This document shows positions 62,851 through 64,000 of a stretch of 64,000 nt of DNA, one piece after another. Within the stretch, counting starts at the first letter, position 1. Each line of letters starts with the position of its first letter. The position numbers and the translations under genes were made by a program. A model generated the notes under the pieces. It was not told the origin of the DNA. It made no database searches and was given only the letters and a program-made list of their open reading frames with translations. This stretch comes from Yuukianura sp. NJ FZ-2021 (lineage: Eukaryota). Location of the stretch: assembly GCA_046563655.1 (NCBI GenBank), contig CM102289.1, positions 2,666,001 to 2,730,000 on the forward strand. Direction: 5' to 3'.

Positions 62851-64000
62851 CTAGTTTTCTTCTTCGGGGCTTTTCACCTTGTGAATGACAACGTCCGTGT
62901 TTTCAAGTTTTGTCCGAATGTAACTTGTACAATAACTAGACAGCTGAAAATTAAAAAAAAAATAATTGGAGACATTGCGAAATTGACCACAATGACCTTG
63001 CACACTTACCTTCCGATTACCACGCAAAGATAACTTTTCCAGCCAATTCATTTTCGCCAAACCAAAATACGCAGTGGGATCGAGTGAGCCTTCACCTTGA
63101 AGAATGATACTAAGCGTCCTCAAACCTATTTGACGAGAAAATTTGATATTCCTTATTCAAATAACTCAATTGTTTGAAAATTTTGAGGTTACCTGTTAGG
63201 TTCAAAATGGAGTTAGCGGAATGTACGACTTCAATTGTTTCTACTTTCGTGGGAGCCAAGTACCTCTGTAAATGTCTCAGAGTGGGTTCGGTAATGCCCA
63301 ACAAGCCCATGTTGACATCATCGTCGCCAGGTTGAGGCTTGAGCCAAATATCCAGTGTTTTCAACGAGCTCCAAGCCCACAAGGGTTCAAATTCACAAAC
63401 TATTTTTCCTTTGAGACTAACAGTTTCTGGGAAGCACTGCGCCAGCGCTGCTATGAGTTCTCCACTGGCACCAAAGTATCCCAATGTAATCTTCGTTTCC
63501 GGTTCTCTCTCAATACGAATTCCGCCAGTTGAAGTCTTACAGAATCGAATTGGATGTACTCCACCAACAAACCGAGAGAGGTTACACTCAAATCGTGGTA
63601 AAAGTTTAATGACCTTCAATCCATCAAAGTACTCTCTGCGCAGAAACCAACTTGCATCGTGTGGTCTAAAATCGTAAGCATCAACGACGTGTCTGAAATC
63701 GTAACCACCCAAATCAAGTCCATAGATATGCAGTTCCTCTAGCGTCGGAGGGCGACTTTTCATCAAATTAGTCAGACCAATACGACAAGCGTCTGCTTCT
63801 TCTTGTTTAACCCAGTAATAGAACAGTTTCAAAATTTTAAGCCCGCGTGCCTTTGTAACTACTGATTGAAGTGCGGTTAGCCCAGCAGCATCCATATCTC
63901 CGGCTGTCTCTAAACGCGTTAAGTTTGGGGCGAATTGAGAATTGTCAAGTGCTTCTAAGGCTGATGACGGCCCTGAAACTCCAATTCCCTCGATTGTAAT
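62851..64000 (-). CDS. Unknown protein with degenerate LRR-like (RNI/F-box-LRR type) repeats, 3' part only; exons >64000-63193, 63125-63010, 62943-62851
   Basis: Long ORF with LxxLxL-type motifs (LKILKL, LEELHI, LKTLDI, LRTLSI, LEKLSL) and in-frame GT-AG introns. The start lies outside the window. Confidence 0.6.

Overview
This is AT-rich eukaryotic DNA with short GT-AG introns, from an arthropod. A non-insect hexapod such as a springtail is plausible but is only an inference. The window holds about 15 spliced protein-coding genes. In order: a head-to-head pair of nicotinic acetylcholine receptor alpha subunits (alpha2-like, partial on the minus strand; alpha1-like, complete on the plus strand), a TTLL6/13-like tubulin polyglutamylase, a divergent CFAP20/BUG22 with a GC-AG intron, an orphan secreted protein, a Gly/His-rich cuticular-type protein, MRPS6, MRPL4, a GT11 alpha-1,2-fucosyltransferase with bacterial-type motifs, Csk, a microbial-type (GTETDGS) amidase, a P-glycoprotein/ABCB1, a scoloptoxin-11-like Cys-rich protein, two tandem calpains lacking the penta-EF-hand (PEF) domain, and a partial unknown LRR-like gene. 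Several non-autonomous DNA transposons can be delimited by terminal inverted repeats (TIRs) and target-site duplications (TSDs), including a pogo remnant inserted into the TSD of a MULE-like element. The best leads are two intron-bearing horizontal-transfer candidates (GT11 and amidase), the amidase-ABCB1 pair, and the TTLL-CFAP20 ciliary pair. No demonstrably novel system can be proven from the sequence alone. Exon coordinates were read by eye, and family assignments come from remembered motifs, not database searches.
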